This document shows, one piece after another, positions 51,733-62,376 of a DNA stretch of 64,000 nucleotides (positions are counted from its first letter, which is position 1; each line of letters begins with the position of its first letter). The stretch is taken from contig JBBIJY010000007.1 in NCBI GenBank assembly GCA_037445735.1, positions 32,001 through 96,000 of the forward strand, read 5' to 3'. The notes beneath the pieces were generated by a model. The model did not search any database and was not told where the DNA came from. It was given only the letters and a program-made list of their open reading frames with translations. The position numbers and the translations under genes are program-made. This stretch comes from Armatimonadota bacterium. GTDB taxonomy: Bacteria; Armatimonadota; Fimbriimonadia; Fimbriimonadales; GBS-DC.

Positions 51733-52442
51733 CGCGGTTTGCGCTGGCGCGCCTTGAGGTAGGCGACCTCCATCAGGTCGAGCTGTTCGGGCGTCGGGCG
51801 CGAGGGAGACACTTCCGCGGTTGCCTTTGCCCGCTTGCGAGAGGCAGTACGGCTCTCCTCAGCAGCGCGTGAGGGCTTGCCTTTATCAGCCGCCGCCTTG
51901 CGAGCAGCGCGGGTCGGCTTGCTCTCGCTGGCGGACGACCTGCGCGACGGCTTTTCAGGTTTTGCGGGCGTTTCGGCTGGCTCTCTGGCGCGGCGTTTCG
52001 GCTGCTGGGTGGCGGTTGTGCGTGCTGATGCCCGCTTCTTTTCCTTCGCTTCGGGCTGGGCAGGGGCGGCAGGCGTCTGCGTTCGCGAGCGTGCGCCGCC
52101 ACGAGTGGGGCTGTACGCCTCCAGATCGCTCTCGGCAAGCAGCACCACATAGTTCAGCTGGAACGCCTTCTCCTCATCGGTCAGGCGGTTGCGTGCCTCC
52201 TCTGATAGCGAGTCGAACCATCGCCGATAGATTGCCTCCTGCTGCTCCGCGTGGCGCAGGCGCACTTCTTCAGGCAGGCTTTCGATATCGAGGCGGACGG
52301 CTATCTGTTGCGGGGTGTAGACTTTCAGCACGGTGCCGGTGGTGCTGGCGAGATAGGGCGCGTAGGAACCCTCCTGCGTCTCCCTGTCTGTCGCCGTGCG
52401 CTGTTTGACGCGCACCCGATCGCCTTCCCTGAACTTCGCCAT
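51729..52442 (-). CDS. Hypothetical protein: SH3/KOW-like domain plus K/R/A-rich tail
   Basis: FREGDRVRVK..GTVLKV; basic low-complexity C-terminal half. Confidence 0.7.
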   Translation of the reverse strand: MAKFREGDRVRVKQRTATDRETQEGSYAPYLASTTGTVLKVYTPQQIAVRLDIESLPEEVRLRHAEQQEAIYRRWFDSLSEEARNRLTDEEKAFQLNYVVLLAESDLEAYSPTRGGARSRTQTPAAPAQPEAKEKKRASARTTATQQPKRRAREPAETPAKPEKPSRRSSASESKPTRAARKAAADKGKPSRAAEESRTASRKRAKATAEVSPSRPTPEQLDLMEVAYLKARQRKPR

Positions 52443-52528
52443 ATTAGAAAGTATACCCGCACGATGGCGATTGAGAAGCAGGAATCAGCAGCAGGTTCTC
52501 GTATAGTAGTGATGAGGAGGTCGCTCGC

Positions 52529-53215
52529 ATGAGCATCTGGGCGATTCGTGGGCTGTGGATACTGGGCGCACTGGCGCTGATTGTGGAGATGTTTATCCTC
52601 GCCAATCCGCGCTATCGGGTGCCGTCCCCCAGCGAATGGGAGACTTATGACACGCCGCGCTTCACTATTCGCAAGCCGAAGCGGTTCCGCGCGGGCGATC
52701 CCGAGTTTGGCAAGCTGTTCGCGCTGCCCGAACTCGGATTGATGAGCCACGATGTGGGGTTCTATCGGGGTCGGCGCACAGGTTTCGAAGTCTACTTCCG
52801 CCCGCTGCAGGAGATGCCGAACCCGCTGAGCCAGCTGGGTCAGATGGCTCCGCAACCGACCAACCCGAATGTGCATGTGGACATCGCTGCGCTGGTGCGC
52901 AAGCGCCACGATGAGCGCATCGCTGCCCTGCGCGATGATCCGCTCTACCTCAACTTTAACGAGGAAAAGCGTTCCATCGTGACGGTGCGCGGCGTGCGGG
53001 GCATCCGCAGCGAATATAAGCGCATGATTCCGCACCCCATCCCGCTGTTCAACATGTGGGTGAAAGGCTATGTGTTCACCGCGCCGATCTCCAGCGAGGA
53101 GGTCATCCACATTCACGCCTACTGCCCCGTCAGCTCGTATGAGGCATACCAGCAGGTGTTCGATCAGATGCTCGGCTCACTGACACTCAAGCAGCAACAG
53201 GGAGGCACACGATGA
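52529..53215 (+). CDS. Hypothetical membrane-anchored protein
   Basis: AGGAGG RBS; N-terminal TM helix. Confidence 0.7.
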   Translation: MSIWAIRGLWILGALALIVEMFILANPRYRVPSPSEWETYDTPRFTIRKPKRFRAGDPEFGKLFALPELGLMSHDVGFYRGRRTGFEVYFRPLQEMPNPLSQLGQMAPQPTNPNVHVDIAALVRKRHDERIAALRDDPLYLNFNEEKRSIVTVRGVRGIRSEYKRMIPHPIPLFNMWVKGYVFTAPISSEEVIHIHAYCPVSSYEAYQQVFDQMLGSLTLKQQQGGTR

Positions 53216-54117
53216 ACCGCTGTCGCTGGTGTGGAATGGACAGTCGCGATCCGTATGTGTGCGAGTGGTGCAAGCGGGTGATGGCGACTGGTGCGCCGGC
53301 GCCGCCGGGCTACAAGCCCCAGATACCCGGCTCACCTGCGCCGTCCAGCGACCCGACGGTGATGACATCCCCACCGCCGTCGGTCAGCCCGCCGCCATCG
53401 GGTAGCCCGCCATCAGCCCCGCCTGCGGGCACAACCGCGCCGCCGTCCGATGTGATTGCCACGCCGATGGCGCCCCCAGGCGCATCAACACCTTCCCCCA
53501 CATCGCCAGTGCCGCCCGTTACCGCGACGCCGATGGCGCCTCCGGGCGCCCCACGCCCGACACCAACCGTCACCACCCCCACCGTCGCGCCCGGACAGGT
53601 TCGCATCCTGTACGAAATCCACGAAGGGCTGCCCTTCTTCCTGCGGCTGGAGCGGTTTCTGGCGGTGGTACTACCGCTGGCGGCAATCAATGTGATCATT
53701 CTCAGCCAGCGACCTGAATGGGCGCTCTGGAGCAATCTCGTTTACTTTTTTATTTTTGGTATGTGGATGCCCGGCTCTCAGCTGATTGGCACCATCGACG
53801 ATGTGGACGACTATCGCGATGTCGCTCTTGTGATGCTGATGAGCCTGTTCTGCTGTGGACCCATCGCCACGCTGGTGCTTTACTTCCTTGCCAGCGGGTT
53901 GCTCGCGCTTATTCTCAAAACTGACATGAACTGGTCCCTGATCGGGCTGTTGCTGGGCTACACGCTGATTCGCATCCTGTTCGATCTGGTACTGGTGCTG
54001 ATCGATGTGGAGGAGGTTGGCGATTTCATACGGCTGGGATTCTCGTTTGCCAACTTCTTCCTGCTGGTGGCGCTGTTTGGCGGCTGGTTGTTCGGCGGGA
54101 TGGTGCGCTCCGATTAG
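53212..54117 (+). CDS. Hypothetical membrane protein (CxxC x2, Pro-rich linker, multiple TM helices)
   Basis: CRWC..CEWC; ATPMAPPGA repeated twice; hydrophobic C-terminal half. Confidence 0.7.
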   Translation: MNRCRWCGMDSRDPYVCEWCKRVMATGAPAPPGYKPQIPGSPAPSSDPTVMTSPPPSVSPPPSGSPPSAPPAGTTAPPSDVIATPMAPPGASTPSPTSPVPPVTATPMAPPGAPRPTPTVTTPTVAPGQVRILYEIHEGLPFFLRLERFLAVVLPLAAINVIILSQRPEWALWSNLVYFFIFGMWMPGSQLIGTIDDVDDYRDVALVMLMSLFCCGPIATLVLYFLASGLLALILKTDMNWSLIGLLLGYTLIRILFDLVLVLIDVEEVGDFIRLGFSFANFFLLVALFGGWLFGGMVRSD

Positions 54118-54123
54118 GCAGTT

Positions 54124-55485
54124 TTACTCTGCTCGTTCGGCTTGAGGGCGGGTGAACAGTCGCAGGAGCAGCAGCCCTGCAACGCCCGCCAGTATGGAGC
54201 CGAGCAGCACGCCCATCTTCGCCAGATTGAGCGTCGGCTCCTGATAGGCGAGGTGCGCGATGAACAGCGCCATCGTGAAGCCGATCCCGCCCAGAAAGCC
54301 CACGCCGAGAATGTGCATCCAGCCAATGCTTGCTGGCAGCCGTGCCAGCCCGACCCGCACAGCCAGCCACGATGCCAGCGTGATGCCGAGCGGCTTGCCC
54401 ACAAGCAGCCCCAGCGCGACACCCCACAGCACGCGACTGCTCCACTCAATCTCGCTTTGCTCACCCACCACCGTCACGCCTGCGTTCGCCAGCGCGAATA
54501 GCGGCAGGATAGCAAACGCCACCCACGGATGCAGGATGTGTTCCAGTCGCTGCAGGGGCGATTGCACCCGCTCCGAAGCGCGTTCAATCGCCTCTACCGC
54601 TGACTGCTGGATCGGGTTAAGAATAATCGTTGCTGGATGTCGGGAGCTTTCCAGTCGGCGCAGATATTCGCGCACGCAGGCGACATATTCGTCAGGCGCA
54701 ATCCGCTGGCGCACAGGGATTGCCAGCGCACCCAGCACACCCGCTATCGTCGCATGCACGCCCGACTTCAGCATGAAGTACCACATCACGCAACCGATAA
54801 TGAAGTAGACGAGCGGGCTGCGCACGCCCAACCGATTCGCCAGCAGCATCCCGCCAAACGCGAGCAGGGCATAGAGGAAAGCGTTCGTGTTCAGGCTTTC
54901 GGTGTAAAAGAGAGCAATCACCAGCACTGCGCCGATGTCGTCAATAATCGCCAGCGCGCTGAGAAAAACCTTCAGCGCAAGTGATGCGCGCGTGCCCAGC
55001 AGCGCCAGCACGCCCAGCGCGAAGGCGATATCGGTCGCCATCGGGATACCCCAGCCACGCACTGCGGGTGTGCCTGCGTTCAGCGCGTAGAAAATCAGCG
55101 CGGGCGCGACCATGCCCCCCACAGCGGCAGCGATTGGCAACATCGCCTGACGCCACGACGCCAGCTCGCCCACCAGCAGCTCGCGCTTGATCTCCATCCC
55201 GACGATGAAGAAAAACATCGCCATCAGCCCATCGTTGATCCAGAGCAGCAGGGGCTTGTCCAGCACGAGCCACTCGCCAAAACGCACCTCCACAGGCGTT
55301 TGCCAGAGCCGAAAATAGCCTGCCGCGAGCGGCGAGTTCGCCCATAATAACGCAACTACGGCGCACAATATCAGCAGAACGCCGCTGGACGATTCTCGCT
55401 GGGCGAACTCCTGAAAGGGGCGTGTCAGGCGTTCAACAGGCAGAGGGCGCCCTGGCAGCGTACGCGAGCGTGAACGGGTCGGCAT
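54124..55485 (-). CDS. nhaA: Na+/H+ antiporter NhaA
   Basis: WINDGLM, ATDIAF, AIIDD, GKPLG, GIGFTM. Confidence 0.96.
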   Translation of the reverse strand: MPTRSRSRTLPGRPLPVERLTRPFQEFAQRESSSGVLLILCAVVALLWANSPLAAGYFRLWQTPVEVRFGEWLVLDKPLLLWINDGLMAMFFFIVGMEIKRELLVGELASWRQAMLPIAAAVGGMVAPALIFYALNAGTPAVRGWGIPMATDIAFALGVLALLGTRASLALKVFLSALAIIDDIGAVLVIALFYTESLNTNAFLYALLAFGGMLLANRLGVRSPLVYFIIGCVMWYFMLKSGVHATIAGVLGALAIPVRQRIAPDEYVACVREYLRRLESSRHPATIILNPIQQSAVEAIERASERVQSPLQRLEHILHPWVAFAILPLFALANAGVTVVGEQSEIEWSSRVLWGVALGLLVGKPLGITLASWLAVRVGLARLPASIGWMHILGVGFLGGIGFTMALFIAHLAYQEPTLNLAKMGVLLGSILAGVAGLLLLRLFTRPQAERAE

Positions 55486-55487
55486 GG

Positions 55488-56252
<765 letters not shown>

Positions 56253-56305
56253 ATCGAGCCTCCTGCAGGGGGTATTGTACCCCTTCTGGGTATAATCGAG
56301 CCGAT

Positions 56306-58285
56306 ATGTTTCGGCTCAGTACCGAGTTCACCCCGCGTGGTGATCAGCCGGAGGCAATTGCGAAGCTGGTGGAAGGACTTCGCAAGGGCTACGATTTTCA
56401 GACTCTGCTGGGCGCAACGGGCACCGGCAAAACCTTCACGATGGCTGCTGTGATTGCGGAGGTGCAGCGCCCCGCGCTGGTAATCGCGCATAACAAAACG
56501 CTCGCCGCTCAGCTCTGTCAGGAGTTCCGTGCCTTCTTCCCTGAAAACGCTGTGCAATATTTCATCAGCTACTATGACTACTATCAACCAGAAGCCTATA
56601 TCCCTCAGACCGACACCTATATCGAGAAGACTGCCTCTATCAATGACGAGATTGATCGCCTGCGCCATGCTGCCACGCAGGCGGTGCTGGAGCGCCGCGA
56701 TGTGGTGGTGGTTGCCAGCGTGTCATGCATCTATGGGCTTGGCTCGCCCCAGGAGTACCTGCGCAGCATCGTCACGGTGAAGCGTGGCGATATTCTGAAC
56801 CCGCGCGAGCTGGCGATGCGTCTGGTGGAGTTGCAATATGTGCGTTCCGATATGGTGCTGGGGCGCGGCACCTTCCGCATTCGGGGCGATGTGATCGATG
56901 TGCAACCCGCCGATGAGGAGCTGGTGACCCGCATCGAGCTGTTCGGCGACGAGGTGGAACGCATCTACGAATATGACCCGCTCAAAGGCGAAATCATCGC
57001 TGAGCTGGAACGAGCCACCTTCTTCCCCGCCACCCACTATGTAACACCCTGGGATCGGCTTGACCAGATTATCGAGCAGATTCGCGAGGAGCTGGAGCAA
57101 CAGGTGCGCTACTTTGAGTCGCAGGGGCGCCTGCTGGAGGCACAGCGTATTCGCCAGCGCACGGAGATGGACATGGAGATGATGCGCGAGCTGGGCTACT
57201 GTAACGGCATCGAGAACTATTCGCGCTACTTCGACGGGCGCAAGCCTGGTGAACCGCCCTACACGCTGCTGGACTACTTTCCTGACGACTTTATTGTGTT
57301 CATCGACGAGTCGCACCAGACGGTGCCCCAGCTACGCGGTATGTATAACGGCGACCTGCAGCGCAAGAAGACGCTCGTGGAGTACGGTTTTCGGCTGCCC
57401 TCCGCGATGGATAACCGCCCGTTGCGCTTCGAGGAGTTTCTGGAGCGCGTGAAGCAGGTGATTTTTGTGTCGGCGACACCAGGACCATTCGAGCGCAAAG
57501 TAAGCAAGCAGATTGTGGAGCAGATTATCCGCCCGACAGGGCTGGTCGATCCCGAGATTATCGTGCGCCCGACTGCTGGGCAGATCGACGATCTGGTCAG
57601 CGAGATTCGACACCGTATCGAGCGCGACGAGCGCGTGCTGGTGACCACGCTGACCAAGAAGATGGCAGAAGACCTCACAGAGTATCTGCAGGAGCTGGGC
57701 ATTCGCGTGCAGTACCTGCACTCCGATGTGCAGACTCTGGAGCGAGCCGAGATTCTGCGCGATCTGCGGCTGGGCGTGTATGATGTGGTGGTGGGCGTGA
57801 ACCTTCTACGCGAGGGGCTTGACCTGCCCGAGGTGTCGCTGGTGGCGGTGCTGGATGCCGATAAGGAGGGGTTCCTGCGTTCTGAGACCGCCCTGATTCA
57901 GACCATCGGGCGTGCCGCTCGCAACAAGTTCGGGCAGGTGATTCTATACGCCGACCGAATCACTGGCTCGATGCAGCGTGCTATCGATGAGACCAATCGC
58001 CGCCGCCAGATTCAGCTGGAATACAATCGCCAGCATGGGATCGAGCCCGAAACGGTTCGCAAGGAGGTTCGCGAGACCGTGCGTGCCTACAGGGTGGCGG
58101 AAGAGCGTGAAGCCTATCGTGTGGTGGATACTGATCGCGTCGCCTTTGAGGATTTGCCGCTGGTTATCAACAAGCTGGAGCAGGAGATGCGTGAGGCAGC
58201 TAAAGCGCTGGAGTTCGAGCGGGCGGCGATTTTGCGCGACGAGATTCAGCGTTTACGCAGGATTCTGGAGCAGACGCGCGTATAG
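56306..58285 (+). CDS. uvrB: Excinuclease ABC subunit B
   Basis: [32 protein letters not shown] domain. Confidence 0.98.
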   Translation: MFRLSTEFTPRGDQPEAIAKLVEGLRKGYDFQTLLGATGTGKTFTMAAVIAEVQRPALVIAHNKTLAAQLCQEFRAFFPENAVQYFISYYDYYQPEAYIPQTDTYIEKTASINDEIDRLRHAATQAVLERRDVVVVASVSCIYGLGSPQEYLRSIVTVKRGDILNPRELAMRLVELQYVRSDMVLGRGTFRIRGDVIDVQPADEELVTRIELFGDEVERIYEYDPLKGEIIAELERATFFPATHYVTPWDRLDQIIEQIREELEQQVRYFESQGRLLEAQRIRQRTEMDMEMMRELGYCNGIENYSRYFDGRKPGEPPYTLLDYFPDDFIVFIDESHQTVPQLRGMYNGDLQRKKTLVEYGFRLPSAMDNRPLRFEEFLERVKQVIFVSATPGPFERKVSKQIVEQIIRPTGLVDPEIIVRPTAGQIDDLVSEIRHRIERDERVLVTTLTKKMAEDLTEYLQELGIRVQYLHSDVQTLERAEILRDLRLGVYDVVVGVNLLREGLDLPEVSLVAVLDADKEGFLRSETALIQTIGRAARNKFGQVILYADRITGSMQRAIDETNRRRQIQLEYNRQHGIEPETVRKEVRETVRAYRVAEEREAYRVVDTDRVAFEDLPLVINKLEQEMREAAKALEFERAAILRDEIQRLRRILEQTRV

Positions 58286-58347
58286 TGCGACTCCAGAAGG
58301 CAGATGTCGCTGCCGAAAATGGAGAGACTCCAGATTCGGGGCCCCTC

Positions 58348-58357
58348 TGCCGATAAT
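58348..58357 (+). promoter_or_regulatory. sigma28-type -10 box of flgM
   Basis: TGCCGATAAT about 18 nt before the riboswitch aptamer. Confidence 0.75.
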
Positions 58358-58375
58358 AGGCAGTGAAGTAAGCCG

Positions 58376-58458
58376 AGGCAGAAAAGGGCAAACCTGCAGC
58401 GATGCAGGGGCGCAAAGCCCAGGGGTCTGCCTGGAATGGCAGATAGCCGGGTTGCCTG
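58376..58458 (+). ncRNA. c-di-GMP-I (GEMM-I) riboswitch
   Basis: AGGCA..GGGCAAACC-TGCA-GCGA-TGCA-GG..CGCAAAGC..GGTCT..GATAGCCGGG-TTGCC matches the GEMM-I architecture, with a GNRA-capped P2. Confidence 0.9.
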
Positions 58459-58504
58459 TCTCCGGTTTGCTGAAACCATTCAGCAAGAGAAGGAGGCAGA
58501 AACG

Positions 58505-58792
58505 ATGCAAATCTCGCTGGAAGAGGTACGCAAGGTGGTGGCGACCTTTCATCGGAGCCATCAACAGACGAATCTGCCTCTGGAGCCTGTACCTGAACCG
58601 GTGCAGGTTTCCGAGGAGGAGAACCGTCGCCTGGCACAGGAGGTGGCGCGTGAACTCTGTGCCACTCCCGATGTGCGCGAGGAGCGTGTGAACGAACTCA
58701 AACAGCAGATGGCCACCGGCGAATACACGGTCTCTGCGGAGATGGTCACCAGCGCGATTATTCGGCGCATGCTGGCAGACCGCATCCGCTGA
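58505..58792 (+). CDS. flgM: Anti-sigma28 factor FlgM
   Basis: PDVREERVNELKQQMATGEYTVSAEMVTSAII; AAGGAGG RBS. Confidence 0.85.
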   Translation: MQISLEEVRKVVATFHRSHQQTNLPLEPVPEPVQVSEEENRRLAQEVARELCATPDVREERVNELKQQMATGEYTVSAEMVTSAIIRRMLADRIR

Positions 58793-58810
58793 ATTTGTCT
58801 GACAACTTGC

Positions 58811-58833
58811 AGGGGGACAGAAAGTGTCCCCCT
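58811..58833 (+). terminator. Hairpin after flgM
   Basis: AGGGGGACA-GAAAG-TGTCCCCCT; no immediate U-tract. Confidence 0.5.
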
Positions 58834-58859
58834 AACGCTCCATTTTTGCAGGAATTGCT

Positions 58860-59669
58860 GTGCCCGCCACGAATCCAGCTGCCGTGGCAAACGCGGGCTG
58901 GCTTCTGGCGGTTGTGAATCAGAAGGGCGGCGTCGGCAAGACCACTACCGCTGTTAATCTGGCAGCGGCTCTGGCAGCACAGGGTGATGAGGTGCTGCTG
59001 GTGGACACGGACCCGCAAATGAATGCGACCAGCGGGCTGGGTATTCCCACTGCCGAGCTGGAGTACGACCTTTTCAGCGCGCTGCAGGAGGAATGTCCCA
59101 TAGAAAAGGCGATTGTGCCCACTGGACGCGCACATCTGTATCTGATTCCCGCCAGCATCGAGCTGGCGGGGATCGATCTGCTGTTTGCCACGCGCATCGC
59201 CCGCGAAACAGTGTTGCGCACGCAGCTGAACTCCTTGCGAGAGCGCTACCAGTGGATTATCGTTGATACCCCACCTTCTCTGGGACTGCTAACAGTCAAC
59301 GCACTGGTCGCAGCAGATGGACTGATTGTGCCGCTTCAATGCGAGTATTACGCGCTGGAGGGTCTCTCGCGCCTGATGCAGACCATCGATCTGGTCAGGC
59401 AACACCTGAATCCGAGGCTTGAAATCTGGAAGGTGCTGCTGACGATGCATGATCCCCGCACGAAGCTGGCAGAGCAGGTAGAGGCAGAGGTGCGCAAGTT
59501 TTTCGGGGCAAAAGTGGCACGCACGGTGATTCCGCGTAATGTGCGTGTAGGCGAGGCGCCCAGCTATGGTCAACCCGTGGTAGAGTACGATCCCCGTTCG
59601 CGGGGGGCGATTGCATATCAGGCATTTGCACAGGAGGTGAAAGCTTATGGCGCGTCGCGGGCTGGGTAA
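58860..59669 (+). CDS. parA: Chromosome partitioning ATPase ParA/Soj
   Basis: NQKGGVGKTT, DTDPQ, DTPPSLG, EAPSYG. Confidence 0.96.
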   Translation: MPATNPAAVANAGWLLAVVNQKGGVGKTTTAVNLAAALAAQGDEVLLVDTDPQMNATSGLGIPTAELEYDLFSALQEECPIEKAIVPTGRAHLYLIPASIELAGIDLLFATRIARETVLRTQLNSLRERYQWIIVDTPPSLGLLTVNALVAADGLIVPLQCEYYALEGLSRLMQTIDLVRQHLNPRLEIWKVLLTMHDPRTKLAEQVEAEVRKFFGAKVARTVIPRNVRVGEAPSYGQPVVEYDPRSRGAIAYQAFAQEVKAYGASRAG

Positions 59670-60519
59670 AGGATTGAGCGCGTTACTCGCTCAAAGCGAG
59701 CTGGAAAGCAACATGGTTCAGGAGATTCCTGTCGAGCAGGTTCGCCCGAACCCCTATCAACCGCGCCGAACCTTTGATGAGGAGTCGTTGCGCGAGCTGG
59801 CAGAGTCGATACGGCAGGTAGGCGTTCTGCAACCGATTATTGTGCGCAAGGAAGGAGCCGAAGAATACATTCTGGTCGCTGGCGAGCGTCGCCTGCGTGC
59901 AGCACAGATGGCAGGACTGGAGCGTATTCCTGCTATTGTACGCACACCGTCCGAGCAGCAGATGCTGGAGATGGCTCTGATTGAGAACCTTCAGCGTGAA
60001 GATATTAATCCCATCGATGCAGCACTGGCTTACAGACATCTAATGGAGGAGTTTGGGTTAACCCAGGAGCAGGTAGCGCAGCGTGTCGGTAAGAGTGTGC
60101 CTGCCATCTCAAACACTCTGCGCCTGCTTCAACTGCCCCCCTATATCCAGGAGAGCATTCAGAGCGGTCTCATCAGTGAGGGGCATGGGCGTGCGCTGTT
60201 GATGGTCAAAGACCCCGTGCAGCAGCGACAGCTGTGGCAGCAGATTACCACTGATGGCTTGAGCGTGCGGGCGACAGAGCTGCGTGCGCGTGAGTTGCGA
60301 TCACCTGAACAGCCTGTTAATCCAGGTCCGCGCTCTCATCCCCTGCCCTCCGCTCCCCCGCCAGAAGTCAGGGCGCTGGAGCATAATCTGAGCGCGTATC
60401 TGGGCACAAAGGTGAAGGTGGTTTATATGGAAGGGGGGGCGGGGCGAATCGTGATCGAGTTCTACTCAGAAGAGGAACTGGGGCGGATATTGGAAACAAT
60501 TGCCCCCAGCGGGTTTTAG
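59647..60519 (+). CDS. parB: Chromosome partitioning protein ParB/Spo0J
   Basis: RGLGKGL, NPYQPR, AGERR, ENLQRED. Confidence 0.97.
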   Translation: MARRGLGKGLSALLAQSELESNMVQEIPVEQVRPNPYQPRRTFDEESLRELAESIRQVGVLQPIIVRKEGAEEYILVAGERRLRAAQMAGLERIPAIVRTPSEQQMLEMALIENLQREDINPIDAALAYRHLMEEFGLTQEQVAQRVGKSVPAISNTLRLLQLPPYIQESIQSGLISEGHGRALLMVKDPVQQRQLWQQITTDGLSVRATELRARELRSPEQPVNPGPRSHPLPSAPPPEVRALEHNLSAYLGTKVKVVYMEGGAGRIVIEFYSEEELGRILETIAPSGF

Positions 60520-60524
60520 GTAGG

Positions 60525-60544
60525 GGGTTTTCATGTGAAAACCC
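60525..60544. promoter_or_regulatory. parS-like palindrome
   Basis: GGGTTTTCATGTGAAAACCC, 5 nt after the parB stop; core TTTCA(T)GTGAAA resembles parS TGTTTCACGTGAAACA. Confidence 0.5.
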
Positions 60545-60578
60545 GTTCCCAACCATATGAGCCATAGAGGAAATAGCG

Positions 60579-61775
60579 ATGGAGATGAATCCTGAGAGGC
60601 AACGGGCACGCGAACGATTCCGCCAGATGCGGTTTGGGATGTTCATTCACTGGGGCTTCTACTCCCTGTTGGGGCGTGGCGAATGGGTGATGTACCATGA
60701 GAAAATCCCCGTTCAGGAATATGAACCGCTAATGCACCAGTTCAATCCTGTGCGCTATAATCCGCATGAATGGGTTGCACTGGCAAAACGTGCAGGCATG
60801 CGCTACATCACCATCACTGCCAAACATCACGACGGCTTCTGTATGTATGACAGCGATCTGACCGACTATAAAATTACCAACTCGCCCTATCAGCGTGATG
60901 CAATTGGCGAACTGGTGCGCGAGTGCCGCCGACAGCGTATAGCCATCCTGTTCTACTACTCACCGCTGGACTGGCATCATCCTGCCTACAATTCCGACTG
61001 GGACACCTACACACGCTACTGGCACGGACAGGTGCTGGAGCTTATCCGCAAATACAAGCCTTTTGGAATCTGGCTTGATGGCTGCTGGCATAAGCCCGCA
61101 AACCTTGATGCCACCTGGAAACTCACCAATCTCTATCGCGAGATGCGCCGCATAGCGCCTGGCATCCTGATAGGCAACAATCACCACCAGCAACCTCTAC
61201 CCGATGAGGATATACAGACCTTCGAACAGGATTTGCCGGGCGAAAATACCGCTGGCTTTAACAAAACAATGCCGATGGAAGGCGCACTCTATGAAACATG
61301 CCTCACCATCAACAACAGTTGGGGCTATAATGCCCACGACAACAACCACAAATCCCCTGAACAGCTGATTCGCCTGTTAGCTGAATGTGCAGGCAGAGAC
61401 GCGAACCTGCTGCTGAATGTGGGACCAAAGCCCGACGGTACTATTCAGGCGGAACATCAGGAGCGGCTTGAGCGAATGGGGCTGTGGCTCCAGAAGAATG
61501 GCAAAGCGATTTACGGCACGCGCGGGCGTGTCTTTGAAACGACACCATGGGGCACTGCCACACGCACTGAGCGAGCCATCTACCTTCATGTCTGGAACCT
61601 ACCTGAGCCATACCACATCAGCTTGCAATTACCCTCTGTGCGAATCAGGCGAGCGCGCCTGTTAGCAACAGGTAAGCCCCTGAAAGTAGACCAGCAGGGC
61701 GAGCTGGTGCAGATCAGCGTGCCTAAACCATTGCCTGACCCGGTAAACACCGTTATTCAGATGGAGGTTGAATGA
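60579..61775 (+). CDS. Alpha-L-fucosidase (GH29)
   Basis: RFGMFIHWG, TAKHHDGF, IWLDG, NLLLNVGP. Confidence 0.93.
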   Translation: MEMNPERQRARERFRQMRFGMFIHWGFYSLLGRGEWVMYHEKIPVQEYEPLMHQFNPVRYNPHEWVALAKRAGMRYITITAKHHDGFCMYDSDLTDYKITNSPYQRDAIGELVRECRRQRIAILFYYSPLDWHHPAYNSDWDTYTRYWHGQVLELIRKYKPFGIWLDGCWHKPANLDATWKLTNLYREMRRIAPGILIGNNHHQQPLPDEDIQTFEQDLPGENTAGFNKTMPMEGALYETCLTINNSWGYNAHDNNHKSPEQLIRLLAECAGRDANLLLNVGPKPDGTIQAEHQERLERMGLWLQKNGKAIYGTRGRVFETTPWGTATRTERAIYLHVWNLPEPYHISLQLPSVRIRRARLLATGKPLKVDQQGELVQISVPKPLPDPVNTVIQMEVE

Positions 61776-61776
61776 G

Positions 61777-62376
61777 ATGGAACGATCAGAACTGCTGTTG
61801 AGCCGAGAGCGTTCGGTGCTGGTGGTAGTCGATATGCAGGCACCGTTTCTGGAGGCAATCAAGGTAGCGGCGCTAATTGAGCAGAATATCGGGTTTCTGC
61901 TGCAGGCTGCCAGGCAGCTGAATGTGCCCGTACTGGCGACCCTGCAAAATCGCGAGCGGCTCGGTGACCTCGTGCCCTCGCTTCAGCCACTGCTACCTGA
62001 ATCAACCGCCCCTATTGACAAGCTCTGCTTTAGCTGCGTCGGTGCGGAGCCATTTGGCAGAGCCTTGCAGGAAACAGGGCGTCAGCAGGTAGTGCTGACG
62101 GGCATCGAGGCGCACATCTGCATCCTGCAGACCGCGCTCGATTTATTAAAGGCGGGCTATCAGGTGCATGTGCCCTACGATGCAGTTGCCAGCCGGGGCA
62201 AGCGCGAATGGAAGTATGCTCTGCTACGCTTGCAACATGCAGGCGCCATCATTACCAGTGTCGAGTCGGTGACCTATGAATGGCTCTATCAGGCTGGCAC
62301 GGATGAGTTTCGACAGGTACTGCCCCTGATCAAAGAGCGAGAGCAGCTCTTCCGAAAGAAGGATGAAGAGGAGTAA
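61777..62376 (+). CDS. Isochorismatase-family hydrolase
   Basis: VVDMQ, K.CFSC, GIEAHICILQT. Confidence 0.9.
   Translation: MERSELLLSRERSVLVVVDMQAPFLEAIKVAALIEQNIGFLLQAARQLNVPVLATLQNRERLGDLVPSLQPLLPESTAPIDKLCFSCVGAEPFGRALQETGRQQVVLTGIEAHICILQTALDLLKAGYQVHVPYDAVASRGKREWKYALLRLQHAGAIITSVESVTYEWLYQAGTDEFRQVLPLIKEREQLFRKKDEEE

Noticed and set aside
53398-53550. Short repeats encoding ATPMAPPGA
   Set aside because: Ordinary low-complexity linker within a CDS; not CRISPR-like
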